From: an uncultured virus (IMG/VR IMGVR_UViG_3300012147_000007)
Lineage: Duplodnaviria; Heunggongvirae; Uroviricota; Caudoviricetes
DNA length: 64,000 nucleotides
Virus record (IMG/VR): IMGVR_UViG_3300012147_000007
Location: 1 to 64,000 of that record
Direction: 5' to 3' (one strand)
Shown: piece by piece, positions 8,407 to 18,272 of the stretch
How the letters are laid out: each line of letters starts with the position of its first letter
Numbering within the stretch: position 1 is the stretch's first letter
Notes under the pieces: model-generated
What the model saw: the letters and a program-made list of their open reading frames with translations, nothing else
The model's database searches: none
Told to the model about the DNA's origin: nothing
Translations under genes and position numbers: made by a program

Positions 8407-8474
8407 TATTCAAATTTAGTAAAAAAAGGGGGAAACTAAAATATTAATTTCCCCTTTCTCTTATAAGATGGTTT

Positions 8475-8855
8475 TTAGAACGGTAAATCATCCGCAGCTT
8501 GAGCTCCTGGAGCTGCTACTGGCGTTTGGTTTACTGGGGCCTCTGTTGGCGCAGAAGCTGCCGCAGGAACACCTGCTTCAATTCTCCACATGTCAAGAGA
8601 GTTCCAATATCTTACGTTACCTTGAGCATCAGGTTTCCCTTCTCTACCTCTAAGGTTGTAGTGTACTGTTACATCACTTCCTACTGTGAATGTGCTCAAC
8701 GCATCGCACTTATCGTTTGTTGCTTGAACTGTGATATGTTGTGGGTATTGACTATCTGCATCAATAGTTACAACAAATTCTCTTACTTTAAAAGTATCAG
8801 AAATGTTTTTCACTTCGTTTAATACTTTAATTTTTCCTGTTAATTCATTAGACAT
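8475..8855 (-). CDS. DUF3127 family (OB-fold, SSB-like)
   Basis: FKVREFVV..QYPQ..YNLRGRE..YWNSLDMWRI, DDLPF tail. Confidence 0.85.
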   Translation of the reverse strand: MSNELTGKIKVLNEVKNISDTFKVREFVVTIDADSQYPQHITVQATNDKCDALSTFTVGSDVTVHYNLRGREGKPDAQGNVRYWNSLDMWRIEAGVPAAASAPTEAPVNQTPVAAPGAQAADDLPF

Positions 8856-8929
8856 AATCTTTCTTTTTTATTTTCTTTAAATTATTATATTTTAATATAC
8901 AGAATTCCAGTACTAAAATCAAGTATTTT

Positions 8930-9160
8930 TTACTTTTTTTTCACTTTTTTTTCTATTCCAAAATCATAATTATACCACGCCCTCTCGTGAAGGTAATATA
9001 AAACAAATTTTATGATTACATCTGCAGCTCCAATAGACAAACCAGCCTTAATATCTCCCGTAACTCCCCAAGCAAGAAAAAAACTTGTCAAGGATGCAAT
9101 TATTCTCCAAGTTATAGCTTTGAATAAATGTCTTTTCCTATCTATATTTGGTTTAGTCAT
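8930..9160 (-). CDS. DUF2061 family membrane protein
   Basis: RHLFKAITWRII...YYLHERAW. Confidence 0.85.
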   Translation of the reverse strand: MTKPNIDRKRHLFKAITWRIIASLTSFFLAWGVTGDIKAGLSIGAADVIIKFVLYYLHERAWYNYDFGIEKKVKKK

Positions 9161-9755
9161 TGATTAAGTATTTTGCCACATCCTCTTGGATTGATTCGTC
9201 TACAAGCTCTTTCCAGTCATCATTTCCATCAATGATTGATTGACGAATCTTTGTTGCCGAAATCCAAGCCAGGTTATCTGGTGGTGTAAACTCGTTTATT
9301 TCGTATCCAACACCACGACCATAATTAACAGACTCAATATCTGGAATTACCACAACTTCAACATCATCACCCTTTGCTTCATGATATTTTTCAATCATTG
9401 AAACCGTTTGTTCTGTTGTAAATGGATTCTTTTCATCTGGCTGAATGTCTCTTACCATTATAAGAGCTGGAATACCTTCGTCCAACTTTTGTTGAACCAA
9501 TGAAATATGCCCTTGATGGTAAGGCTGGTATCTTCCAACGAAAATAGCTCTCTTCTTATCTTTGTTTGGTGTTGGGTTTCCTCCATGGTTTTCTTTAGAC
9601 CACTTACTTGAATCTATTGGTTCCATGTTCATCTGCGTCAAAACTTTATCAACGCATTGCTCAACGCTAAACTTCCCAGCCTCTAAAACAATATCTGGAT
9701 TGTTTGGCTCTTCATACGGTGAGTCAATTCCTGTAAAATTAGGAATAATACCAGA
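9153..9755 (-). pseudogene. 5'-truncated adenylylsulfate kinase C-terminus fused to cytidylyltransferase-like domain
   Basis: IPNFTGIDSPYEEP.NPD (CysC C-terminus) then FVGRYQPYHQGH (HxGH); P-loop half missing, no proper start. Confidence 0.7.
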
Positions 9756-9921
9756 CCTTCTCGATATATAAACCAGAGAAAGCTCCTTTAAATCCGAAAG
9801 AGGCTGCTCCAGTTTCTTCACAACCCATCTCAACAAGTTGATTAAGCCTCTTTCTGGTTAGTTCATTACTTTCTTTTCCCATATGAGAAAACACAAACTC
9901 TTCAACTTCTATCTTGCTCAT
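9739..9921 (-). CDS. hypothetical protein, probably 3'-truncated
   Basis: ORF ends where the CysC-like fragment begins in another frame. Confidence 0.5.
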   Translation of the reverse strand: MSKIEVEEFVFSHMGKESNELTRKRLNQLVEMGCEETGAASFGFKGAFSGLYIEKVWYYS

Positions 9922-9989
9922 ACTAAATTACTTTATAAAAAGTTATACGCAAAAAAAAGAGGAATGTTCTAAATTCCTCTTATAATTTT

Positions 9990-10304
9990 TTAGCACCAGT
10001 ACCAATTTCCCCAAGTACATCTCCAGGCGTATCCAGAATAATGCTGAGTGTACCACCCGTTGTTGCCCCAAACGTATACATATCCGCTATATTGTTCTTG
10101 ATACCATGTTGTAGCTCTACACTTTCTTTTAACAATAGCATTTCCCCAATTGTCATATCCAACAATTACATTTTGCCACTGAGTCCAAGATTGACCTTGA
10201 TATTGATAAACTCTACCTGTAGACCAATTACTTTGTGCATCAGCTGCAAATGTCATACCCACAACAAGAGCAAGTGTCAGCATTAATTTTTTTAATAATT
10301 TCAT
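9990..10304 (-). CDS. Small secreted Trp/Tyr-rich protein
   Basis: Signal peptide MKLLKKLMLTLALVVGMTFAADA. Confidence 0.7.
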   Translation of the reverse strand: MKLLKKLMLTLALVVGMTFAADAQSNWSTGRVYQYQGQSWTQWQNVIVGYDNWGNAIVKRKCRATTWYQEQYSGYVYVWGNNGWYTQHYSGYAWRCTWGNWYWC

Positions 10305-10359
10305 AATTTTATTTTTATAAATTTATAAAAAATAATAATAAAAATCAAATATTAAAAAA

Positions 10360-11075
10360 TTACTTTTCAGATTTCAATTTTATACCACAAGCTCTTTCAA
10401 ACATTTCATATTGCTTAATAACATTTTTCCACATTTTATTTTTCATACCTTTTCCCCATTTAGTATTGAATTCAGCAGAATCAAGAAACTTTCTTTGAGG
10501 TTTAACAAAATCTAAAAAATCAAGACCAATCTCACTCGATAAACCTGCGATATTTTGATGAATCCAATTATACTCAAAAACTTGCATTAAGTCAGCATCT
10601 CTAATTATACCTTGCCTAATGTTTAAATCTTTACCATCAATTTCATAAGGATATTGTGTAGCATCAATTATTTCATTAACTGAATCCAAGTCAACCTCAA
10701 TATCTTCAGATTCAATAAATAATTTTATTATTTTTTTTGAATTTTTAATATTTACATCATCCGTCTTCTTACCTCCTGAGTGATTTACATCATGAAAAAT
10801 GGCAGCTATTAATAACTCTCTTAATTCTTTTTCGCCAGAAACACCTTCCTCTATAGCTCCAATATAACAGTATTTCAACACTGTTAAAAGATGATTTAAG
10901 TTATGATAAGGTTTATCGTTAGAATTGCTATTGATGATAATATATTTAAAAGCTTTTTAAGATAATCATATTTATCTATAATCTCAATTGCTTCTAATTT
11001 TGTGTCAACCTTTTTTTCTCCTTCATTTATAAAACCTCCTGTACCAGAAAAGTATCTGCATTCTTTGTTTTTCAT
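10360..11075 (-). CDS. HD-domain phosphohydrolase (PDEase-like), 1-nt frameshift near 10955
   Basis: KPYHNLNH upstream in frame, AAIFHDVNH, IIRDADL; ATG at 11075 joins via an A run. Confidence 0.75.
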
Positions 11076-11122
11076 TCATTTATAATATTATAAAAATAAT
11101 GCATAAAAATCAAATATTTGGA

Positions 11123-11165
11123 CAAAAAAAAGGCTAAACAACTTTGAAGTTATTTAACCTTTTTG
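11123..11165 (-). terminator. Terminator after large ncRNA
   Basis: AAAAGGTTAAATAACTT...AAGTTGTTTAGCCTTTTTTT. Confidence 0.8.
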
Positions 11166-11173
11166 GTTTTAAA

Positions 11174-12110
11174 AGCCTGAGTTTACAGCATTTATTAGCG
11201 TCCTTTAATGACCTTACCCACATCATCTTGCGGTTAATCAATGTATCCACGCACCCTTTCAGGTGGTATACGCCAGTCTCGATACCTATGGGGTATCATT
11301 CCTATCGTGCAATCTAACTCTGTATTTTCCACCTACACTATCTTGCCAGACATATGCGAGCTTTCGTTACAATCGACACCCACCTTGCGAGGATGAATGA
11401 CTCCCTGATTCTGCCGAAGCATCCAGGGTCTGAGAGACCTTTTAATATACACGCCCATGAGACTTTCACTTTTTTTCTGTTTATAGTAAAAACCAGCCAT
11501 GCCAAGGCTAATATATACTGCATGAGATATACAGTACGAAGAGACGTGCCCACAGGAGTGGTTTCATAACTTTTTGGTTACAAAATGCCACACGCCTCTC
11601 TGTTAGTCTATGCTGACCAACAATTAAACCCGAATTACTTTCTACGAATAGTTAAGTAACCAAATCCAAATGAGATGAAGCCCTTGCGTTTCTTACACGC
11701 TCGAACAACACAACTAAGCTTTTCCTTTTCATCAGCCGAAGCCAACTTTTTTTGCAAAATTTCTAATGCTCAACTACCATTTTTAATCTCATGATAGTTT
11801 ACCTTGTCCAGGTAAGTACTCACTTATTGCATAGGTGTCCAACAGAATAAATTCTGAAGGCGAGGGTGACACCCCCTTTTATAGCTTGTTACCAAACTTT
11901 ATCTTCCCACAAGGGGCTTGCAATGATTTTCATCACCACGAGACTCTACACAGCCTCAAAATGATTGTTATTTGAATTGTAAAAGCTGGTTCATGTTACA
12001 TAACCAATTTAAAAGCGAAGGACTCTGCTATATTTCATACAGTTGAATGTTTGTCCCATTCTCACTTTCCTCACTTACTCTTACTGTCGAATGGACCTAA
12101 ACATTTAGAC
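11174..12110 (-). ncRNA. Large structured ncRNA, GOLLD-like
   Basis: ~940 nt without credible ORF, raised GC, many GNRA/UUCG hairpins, 3' end CTGTAAACTCAGGC, next to tRNA-like genes; family call from recalled motifs. Confidence 0.65.
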
Positions 12111-12230
12111 CAATAACAATTTTTTCAATATTTTTAATTCAAAGAACGTTTCCTTTTGTCTTGCGACTCTGCAAAGCTAAACTATTTATTAACACAATGC
12201 AAGCTTTTTTTAAAAAAAATAAAAACTTTT

Positions 12231-12869
12231 TTATTTTCTACCTTTTTCCCAACCTTGTTGAGTATGGTTTTCCAACTCATGTTTTTTTATTTTCTTGTTT
12301 TCTCCATCTCTGGTAATCCAACAAGTTCCATACTGAGAGTTCTTCCCCCCTTTTCCAAGACCCTTCTTTGATTCGCTCATCAATTTCTTTGTCTCTTCTG
12401 TATGACTCTTTCCACTCCAATCGTATTGCTTTACCTTGCCTAATACATGTAGTTTTTTCATATTTTTAGAAGCTTTTTCACTATGCCACTTAGCATACTC
12501 TTTATCTTCCTTTAATTTAATAGTATGTACTTTTCCTCCACGTTTACCACCTTTTGAAGAGGATTTAATATTTAAAAATCCACCTTGACCTCCAACCATA
12601 AGATTCATACAATCTTTTTTTGCAATCTCATTTAGGTTGACAACCTCCTCCTCTCTCCTCTTCAACTCTTCTCTGGAATCTAAAAACTCCAGTATTTCTC
12701 TCTCATGGTTTTCTTCACCATGCTTGTTTATGGAATATCTCAGTCTTTTTCCTGAACCCAAATAACCATCTTCTAAATTGTCTGTTGAGTGCATTCCAAT
12801 GTAATACTTGCCACTCAGCAAGTTTGTCGTCTTGTAAATGAAGTGAAACTTCTTTTCTTTTCTTGGCAT
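12231..12869 (-). CDS. GIY-YIG (Seg-like) homing endonuclease, NUMOD3
   Basis: FIYKTTN..KYYIGMH..GYLGSG; HTEETKKLMSE. Confidence 0.9.
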   Translation of the reverse strand: MPRKEKKFHFIYKTTNLLSGKYYIGMHSTDNLEDGYLGSGKRLRYSINKHGEENHEREILEFLDSREELKRREEEVVNLNEIAKKDCMNLMVGGQGGFLNIKSSSKGGKRGGKVHTIKLKEDKEYAKWHSEKASKNMKKLHVLGKVKQYDWSGKSHTEETKKLMSESKKGLGKGGKNSQYGTCWITRDGENKKIKKHELENHTQQGWEKGRK

Positions 12870-12921
12870 AACCTATCTGTTTAAAGATAAATAGTACAAA
12901 AAAGTACAAAATCGACTAAGG

Positions 12922-12992
12922 GAATCCATACGGGATTCGAACCCGTGCCTCCTGCCGAAAGGCAAGCGCTCTATCCGCTGAGCTAATGGACA
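12922..12992 (-). ncRNA. tRNA-like RNA, anticodon loop reduced
   Basis: Arg-like D arm, arm CTTGCC-TTTC-GGCAGG, canonical T arm. Confidence 0.7.
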
Positions 12993-13076
12993 CATCACCT
13001 TAATATCGTTCTACTAAAACTATCTTCAGGCTCCATTCACAACATTAGTAGGGTTGCTTCAGGACTTTTTTTAAAG

Positions 13077-13176
13077 TGGCGAAGGGAGGATTCGAAACCT
13101 CCGACCCCCAATGCTGTCCATTCTTTCACAAGAACAACTAACACACTGGTGCTCTGACCAACTGAGCTACCTCGCC
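13077..13176 (-). ncRNA. Met-like tRNA body with elongated anticodon arm
   Basis: GGCGAGG/CTTCGCC-A; ~42-nt arm capped by TTCTT-GTGA-AAGAA. Confidence 0.75.
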
Positions 13177-13218
13177 AAATGATGATGTAGTCACTTACGC
13201 AGCAACACCATCAATTTT

Positions 13219-13605
13219 TTAGACTTTCAAAAAAGGCATAACCCCTTTCAATACATCTAAATGGGTCAAGATGACATTTGCATTAGCATCAGCTTTCAGC
13301 AGAACCTCAAGTGATGGATAATACGTTATATCTCTTTCTTCCATTTCCTCCCACCCATAACATGAACAGTGACCACCTGATACCGCAGCCTATTGCCCTG
13401 AGGCAGTGAACCCGTGTTGAGTAACCCACTCTTCGTAATCATCAAGTTGATAACCATCAGCCATTACAACCCATAGTACATCTCCTAAAGCGAATTGAAT
13501 TCTGTCGATGTTCTCAATACCTGTTTCCAAGTATTTAGGACCACCCCAGTTATTCATTCCTGCTTGAGCCGAAAGTGCTTCTTCAAATGTTTCAAATTTT
13601 TTCAT
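13219..13605 (-). CDS. Hypothetical protein with in-frame TAG (codon 72)
   Basis: Frame continues 56 codons past TAG 13390-13392: GQ*AAVSGGHCSCYGWEE...PFLKV; GHCSCYG is a recurrent phage motif. Confidence 0.7.
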
Positions 13606-13805
13606 GATAATATCTTTTTTAGTTAGTATTAGACTTTTCCTAAAATATTATCGCTTCCTTATTTAAAGTTTGAAGAAATACGCTTCAGCAACAACTTGGT
13701 CTTCTGTTTGAGCGCAACGTTAATTACAAGCAAATCGTAATACACCTTGTTATTGCTGAATATTTTTAATTTTCAATATGTCAATGAACTTTTAGAACCG
13801 TTGTT

Positions 13806-13965
13806 CTAAAAAAACAAAACGCTTTGAAAGATGTAACCTTAGTCCCTTCTGCCCTATTCTGGCGGGAGCCTGAGAATGTGTTCTTATGGTACAGTCCATC
13901 GGCCTTAGTCACTCTATCGTGAGCTTTTCTTAATCTCGTCACCGAGGTATTTCGTTTTGTTTTCT
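13806..13965 (-). ncRNA. Structured RNA resembling a glycine-riboswitch aptamer variant
   Basis: Closing stems AAACAAAACG/CGTTTTGTTT and ACCTCGGT/ACTAAGGT; GCCGATGGA...TTCTCAGGC...AAGGGAC. Confidence 0.4.
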
Positions 13966-14044
13966 GTTTCTTTATACGGGCAAAGATATATAATGTTCTA
14001 CTAATTACCAAAAGAATTTTAATCTTTTTTTAAACCACTATAAA

Positions 14045-14362
14045 TCAACCGTTTGGATACTTACTTTTTAATTCAGCAAGAACCCTTCTTTCTTCAAGTT
14101 CTTTAATATCCTTAGCTTCTTGGGTTGCTGCAGCATCATCTGCTGCAAATAAACCATCAATATCTAATTCGCCCTTATTTTCACTCACTTCATACAAAGT
14201 AGCTCTTTGAATGTTATCTCTTCCGAAATATTCAATTTTTTCTCTCACTTTATTTCCAAGCTCTTCTTCAGAAAATGCTTCAAATTCAACAATAGTTTCT
14301 CCACACGATATAGTGTAGTCACATCCGTTACCTTGATATAGGTGTAATAATAATTTTGCCAT
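14045..14362 (-). CDS. hypothetical protein
   Basis: 105-aa ORF, GCDYTISCG motif. Confidence 0.75.
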   Translation of the reverse strand: MAKLLLHLYQGNGCDYTISCGETIVEFEAFSEEELGNKVREKIEYFGRDNIQRATLYEVSENKGELDIDGLFAADDAAATQEAKDIKELEERRVLAELKSKYPNG

Positions 14363-14363
14363 C

Positions 14364-15104
14364 TTAATCTAATTTTTCTAATTTCTTTAATATCTTAGGA
14401 TTGAACTCATCGACCCTATCATTTCCAAACCTAATTGAAAGTCCGTCCTCTCTTGTGTTCTTAATGACAAAACCTTTTAGTCCTATAAATGCACCATATT
14501 CTACTCGGTCATCTCTATCCATTTTCTTTTCATCAAGCATAACCCAATCATTCCTCTTTACTTCTTCAAGAATATTGTCAGTCTTTACTGTATGCCTGAA
14601 CTTTCCTTTGAAATACTCCAGCATCACATGAATTCTATCACTATGAAGGTATCCAAGTTCTCCAACCTGCTCAGAATCTGGCATCTCACGACCCCATGGT
14701 TCTCCAGTCAACATAACACTCGAACAAACAGAAGTTGTAGGTCTAACGTAATGCCACCCATCTCTATGAGGCATATCATAATACATGCTACCTTGTGATA
14801 TAATCGTAGAGAATACCTCTGGTTCTTCAAGACCTTCTCCGAATCCTACACCCATTTCATATTCTCCTTCAAGCACATGAATAGCGCTTGGCCAAGGGTG
14901 AGGATGAAACAAAGACTCCCCTGCAGCGCAAGGATGAATAAAGTGTAAAAACAATCTATGATTTCCCAGTTGACACCAAAGCCTTTCAACGTGTGGTGGA
15001 TGGTAATTTACATCTACTGATTTCCATATAGAAGCGTCACACAAAAGGTCATACAATTTAACTCTTTCAATCTGTTGTAGTTTTTCTATAAAAGTCCTTT
15101 CCAT
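14364..15104 (-). CDS. Cupin-like protein
   Basis: LFLHFIH..FHPHPWPSA..GEYE..WHYV. Confidence 0.6.
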   Translation of the reverse strand: MERTFIEKLQQIERVKLYDLLCDASIWKSVDVNYHPPHVERLWCQLGNHRLFLHFIHPCAAGESLFHPHPWPSAIHVLEGEYEMGVGFGEGLEEPEVFSTIISQGSMYYDMPHRDGWHYVRPTTSVCSSVMLTGEPWGREMPDSEQVGELGYLHSDRIHVMLEYFKGKFRHTVKTDNILEEVKRNDWVMLDEKKMDRDDRVEYGAFIGLKGFVIKNTREDGLSIRFGNDRVDEFNPKILKKLEKLD

Positions 15105-15178
15105 ATCTAATAGCAAAAGTATGGAATGTTTGAATGAATACCAAAAATATAAACCTATTTATAAGAAACTTTTTTATA

Positions 15179-16690
15179 ATGGACAATATTGAACTTGAAA
15201 ATGAAATAGAACTAAGGATGAATCCTCACGACTTTTCCTTATCTACAGGGGGCTTAATAGATATAATGAATGAATACGATTTATCTGAGCATGATGTAGC
15301 CTTTGTTTATAGTAAAATAGTAGAAAGAAAAAGAGAAGAACTTGTAGATACCTCAAAAGATGTTATCAAATATTTTAGAGATAAAGGAAATCACTACCCT
15401 TCATTTAATGAGTTCAAAACAGTTTTTAAACAATACGGTCCTACTTTTGTAGACGACAAAATTCTAAGAGATATGCACAGGAGAGAAACACGAGATTCAA
15501 ACCAAATTTCAATGTTTGAAATCAGAAAAATGATTAGAGAAGGGCTTGGTTCTATGTGGAGCGAGTTTGACCCAGAAGAATTTGAAGGTGATGCAAAAAA
15601 AGCTGCAATGCAAGACATTGGAGACGAATTTGAAGAGCTTGGCACTACTAAGTACGAAAAAGGTATGGACAAAGATGAGTTCATAGGAAACCTTGACAGA
15701 GTTAAGTTAAATTTACCAAGCGATGAAGAAGAGTTCGAAAGAATCTCCAGCATGATGAAAAAGAAAAAAAGCCATGAGGACCTATTTGGAGCAGGTACAT
15801 TGAATGAGGAAGGGATTGGTCAACAAGGTTTATTTAAACCACAAGACTCTCAAGGAAATGACATAAACCTTAAAGCTCTTGTCACAAACTTGGAAGGGAC
15901 AAAGAAAGGTCGTGTGCTTGGATTTGGAGATGATGGACAAGGAAACCAAACTATAAGAGTAAGCTGGGCATGGCCTATGGATATGAAATTCACAGCACCA
16001 GAAGAAATGGGAGACAAAGTAGAAATGGCAGCCGACCTTATTGTTCAAGGAATGAACGAGAACAATGGAGAAGCTGGAAGAAACAACTTAAGAGCCGTTG
16101 AAGTTACTTATGTTGACGGCACAGTTATACCAACATCAATGGCTGCTCATCTATCAGACGAAGACATTAAAGCCTATTTTGAACCAGGTAAACTATTTAA
16201 CATCGGAAGTGTTGAAGATAATATGCAAGCAGTACAATCAATAAATATAATAAGAGAAGATATGGACAACTTAAATGAAAATGAAGAAGTGGTTATGGCC
16301 ACTGGAATGCTAAACAAAGCGCTTATGGACTTTCACAACGCAGGAGGAAGCAAAGAGTCTGCACAACAACAGCTTGATTCTGTTTTTGTTGGCTCAGACA
16401 GCGAATGGTCTACTCATGTAGATGCTATGAAATCAAAATACCCCGACATGTACCAAGATGGTATTGAGGAAGCGAGAGGTCTTGGTCATGGAGTTAAAAA
16501 TTCAGGAGATAGAAATGTTAAAAGAAGTAATGATAATTCTCACGCTCCAGTAACAACTCTTCCAGAAGGTAGAACTCTTGATTCTAAAATCAAAACTTTA
16601 TCAGAAAGCGCTCCTACAAAGAAGGACCTTTTAAACTTCATTAGCGAACAAGCAACAAAGCTTGCTAAAGATATTAGAGAAGGTAAATAA
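15179..16690 (+). CDS. Acidic probable virion/internal head protein
   Basis: TATTTAT upstream, IRKMIRE motif, repeated L(N/S)E. Confidence 0.7.
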   Translation: MDNIELENEIELRMNPHDFSLSTGGLIDIMNEYDLSEHDVAFVYSKIVERKREELVDTSKDVIKYFRDKGNHYPSFNEFKTVFKQYGPTFVDDKILRDMHRRETRDSNQISMFEIRKMIREGLGSMWSEFDPEEFEGDAKKAAMQDIGDEFEELGTTKYEKGMDKDEFIGNLDRVKLNLPSDEEEFERISSMMKKKKSHEDLFGAGTLNEEGIGQQGLFKPQDSQGNDINLKALVTNLEGTKKGRVLGFGDDGQGNQTIRVSWAWPMDMKFTAPEEMGDKVEMAADLIVQGMNENNGEAGRNNLRAVEVTYVDGTVIPTSMAAHLSDEDIKAYFEPGKLFNIGSVEDNMQAVQSINIIREDMDNLNENEEVVMATGMLNKALMDFHNAGGSKESAQQQLDSVFVGSDSEWSTHVDAMKSKYPDMYQDGIEEARGLGHGVKNSGDRNVKRSNDNSHAPVTTLPEGRTLDSKIKTLSESAPTKKDLLNFISEQATKLAKDIREGK

Positions 16691-16697
16691 ATTAAAT

Positions 16698-17405
16698 ATG
16701 AATTTAGTAGAACAGCTGGCTAAAATATTAAAACCAATACTATCTGAAGAATTGGAACCAGAGGGCGCTTCATACAAATCTACTCTTAATAGAATATCTG
16801 AATTGTCAGATGAGATTAATGATTTGATTGACGAATCGGATGACCTACCTTCTTGGATTCAAGATAAGATTACAATAGCAAATCACAATATGGATGCTAT
16901 TCTTGGTTATTTTAAATCTCAAGAACTTGACGAAGAGTCAAAAGGTCTTTGGGCAAATATTCACGCCAAGAGAAAAAGAGGAGAATCTCCTGCTAAAAAA
17001 GGAGAAAAAGATTATCCAGATAAAAAATCATGGGACAAAGCTTCTAAGTCAGAATCTCTTTCAGAAGAAGAATATAATGAAGCATGTTCAATAATGGAAA
17101 GAGTATCTTTCATGTCTGAAGGAGATAAGTTCGGCTTTAAAGAGATTGATGCTCCAGAATTAAATGAAGCTGAATACCAAGGTAGAAAAGTTGAGCTGGG
17201 AAAACCTACAGCAGGTGATGTCAAAAAATTTAAAGTATACGTTAAGAATGATAAAGGAAACGTAGTTAAAGTAAACTTTGGACAAAAGGGTGTTAGAATT
17301 AAAAAAAATAACCCAGAAAGAAGAAAGTCATTTAGAGCAAGACACAACTGTGAAAACCCAGGACCAAGATGGAAGCCGAGATATTGGTCTTGTAAAAAAT
17401 GGTAA
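16698..17405 (+). CDS. Modular probable virion protein
   Basis: GLWANIHAKRKRGE module and EAEYQGRKV...RRKSFRARHNC...YWSCKKW module. Confidence 0.75.
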   Translation: MNLVEQLAKILKPILSEELEPEGASYKSTLNRISELSDEINDLIDESDDLPSWIQDKITIANHNMDAILGYFKSQELDEESKGLWANIHAKRKRGESPAKKGEKDYPDKKSWDKASKSESLSEEEYNEACSIMERVSFMSEGDKFGFKEIDAPELNEAEYQGRKVELGKPTAGDVKKFKVYVKNDKGNVVKVNFGQKGVRIKKNNPERRKSFRARHNCENPGPRWKPRYWSCKKW

Positions 17406-17406
17406 A

Positions 17407-18106
17407 ATGAAAAAAGTAATCTGCAAAAATTGTGATTGGAAATGGGATATAGAAAAGGATGACAAAAACCCTTACTTATGTCACAAATGTGGGTACGATA
17501 ATAAGAAAGATAAATTTGACTACAAAGCTCTTAATAAATGGAAGAGTGATAATGGAATCAAAGAATATATAATAGACATCAGAAAAATAATACAGGAAGA
17601 ATTTGAAAAAATTTTTAAAATTGATTATCCATACCATAAAATCGAAAAGCTAGTAGATTATTATAAGGAAGAGTTTGATGATTATATGGATAAACAAGGG
17701 TGGAATATATTTCAATCCGATTCACCTTCGCTTTTATGATAAATATAATACTGATGGTGATTATTTTTGGCAAATTCAAGTTGTAGATGAGCCATATGGA
17801 GAAGCTGGATTCTATGACCAAGATAAAAATGCTGTTATTGGAATTTCTACAGACCAAGAAGCTATAGGGCTTGCTAGAAAAACAGGCCTCATGGTTGATG
17901 ATGATGGAGTTGTGTTTGGATTTCAAGGACATTCACTTTTATCTGAAGAAATTAACTTGCCGATAGAAATTGGTGATGAAATTTTAACTGGACGATTCAA
18001 AAACAAGAAGACTAAAATTAAATCTATTGATAAAAACGATAAGGGCGACTTAACAATTAATGATAAGCCTGCTCTTAAGTTTAGAATACCTAAAAATACA
18101 AAATAG
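17407..18106 (+). CDS. Probable virion protein, frameshift near 17700
   Basis: CxxC..CxxC, DIRKIIQEEF; continues in the 17675-18106 frame. Confidence 0.6.
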
Positions 18107-18163
18107 AATTAAACAATCCTACCAAAATCTCTTTTACCAACTTTCATTATTTGACTCCGCATG

Positions 18164-18237
18164 TACCGATGAAGGGTTTCGAACCCTAAGCCTTATCCTT
18201 ATGAGGGATACGTACTAACCTATTATACGACATCGGC
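18164..18237 (-). tRNA. tRNA-Met (CAT)
   Basis: TATCC-CTCATAA-GGATA. Confidence 0.85.
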
Positions 18238-18272
18238 ATGTGATGGATTGATAGCTCCATCGGGCATTTTCC

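Noticed and set aside
11338..11569. 71-aa ORFs on both strands
   Set aside because: Lie inside the structured ncRNA, with no protein-like features or expression signals
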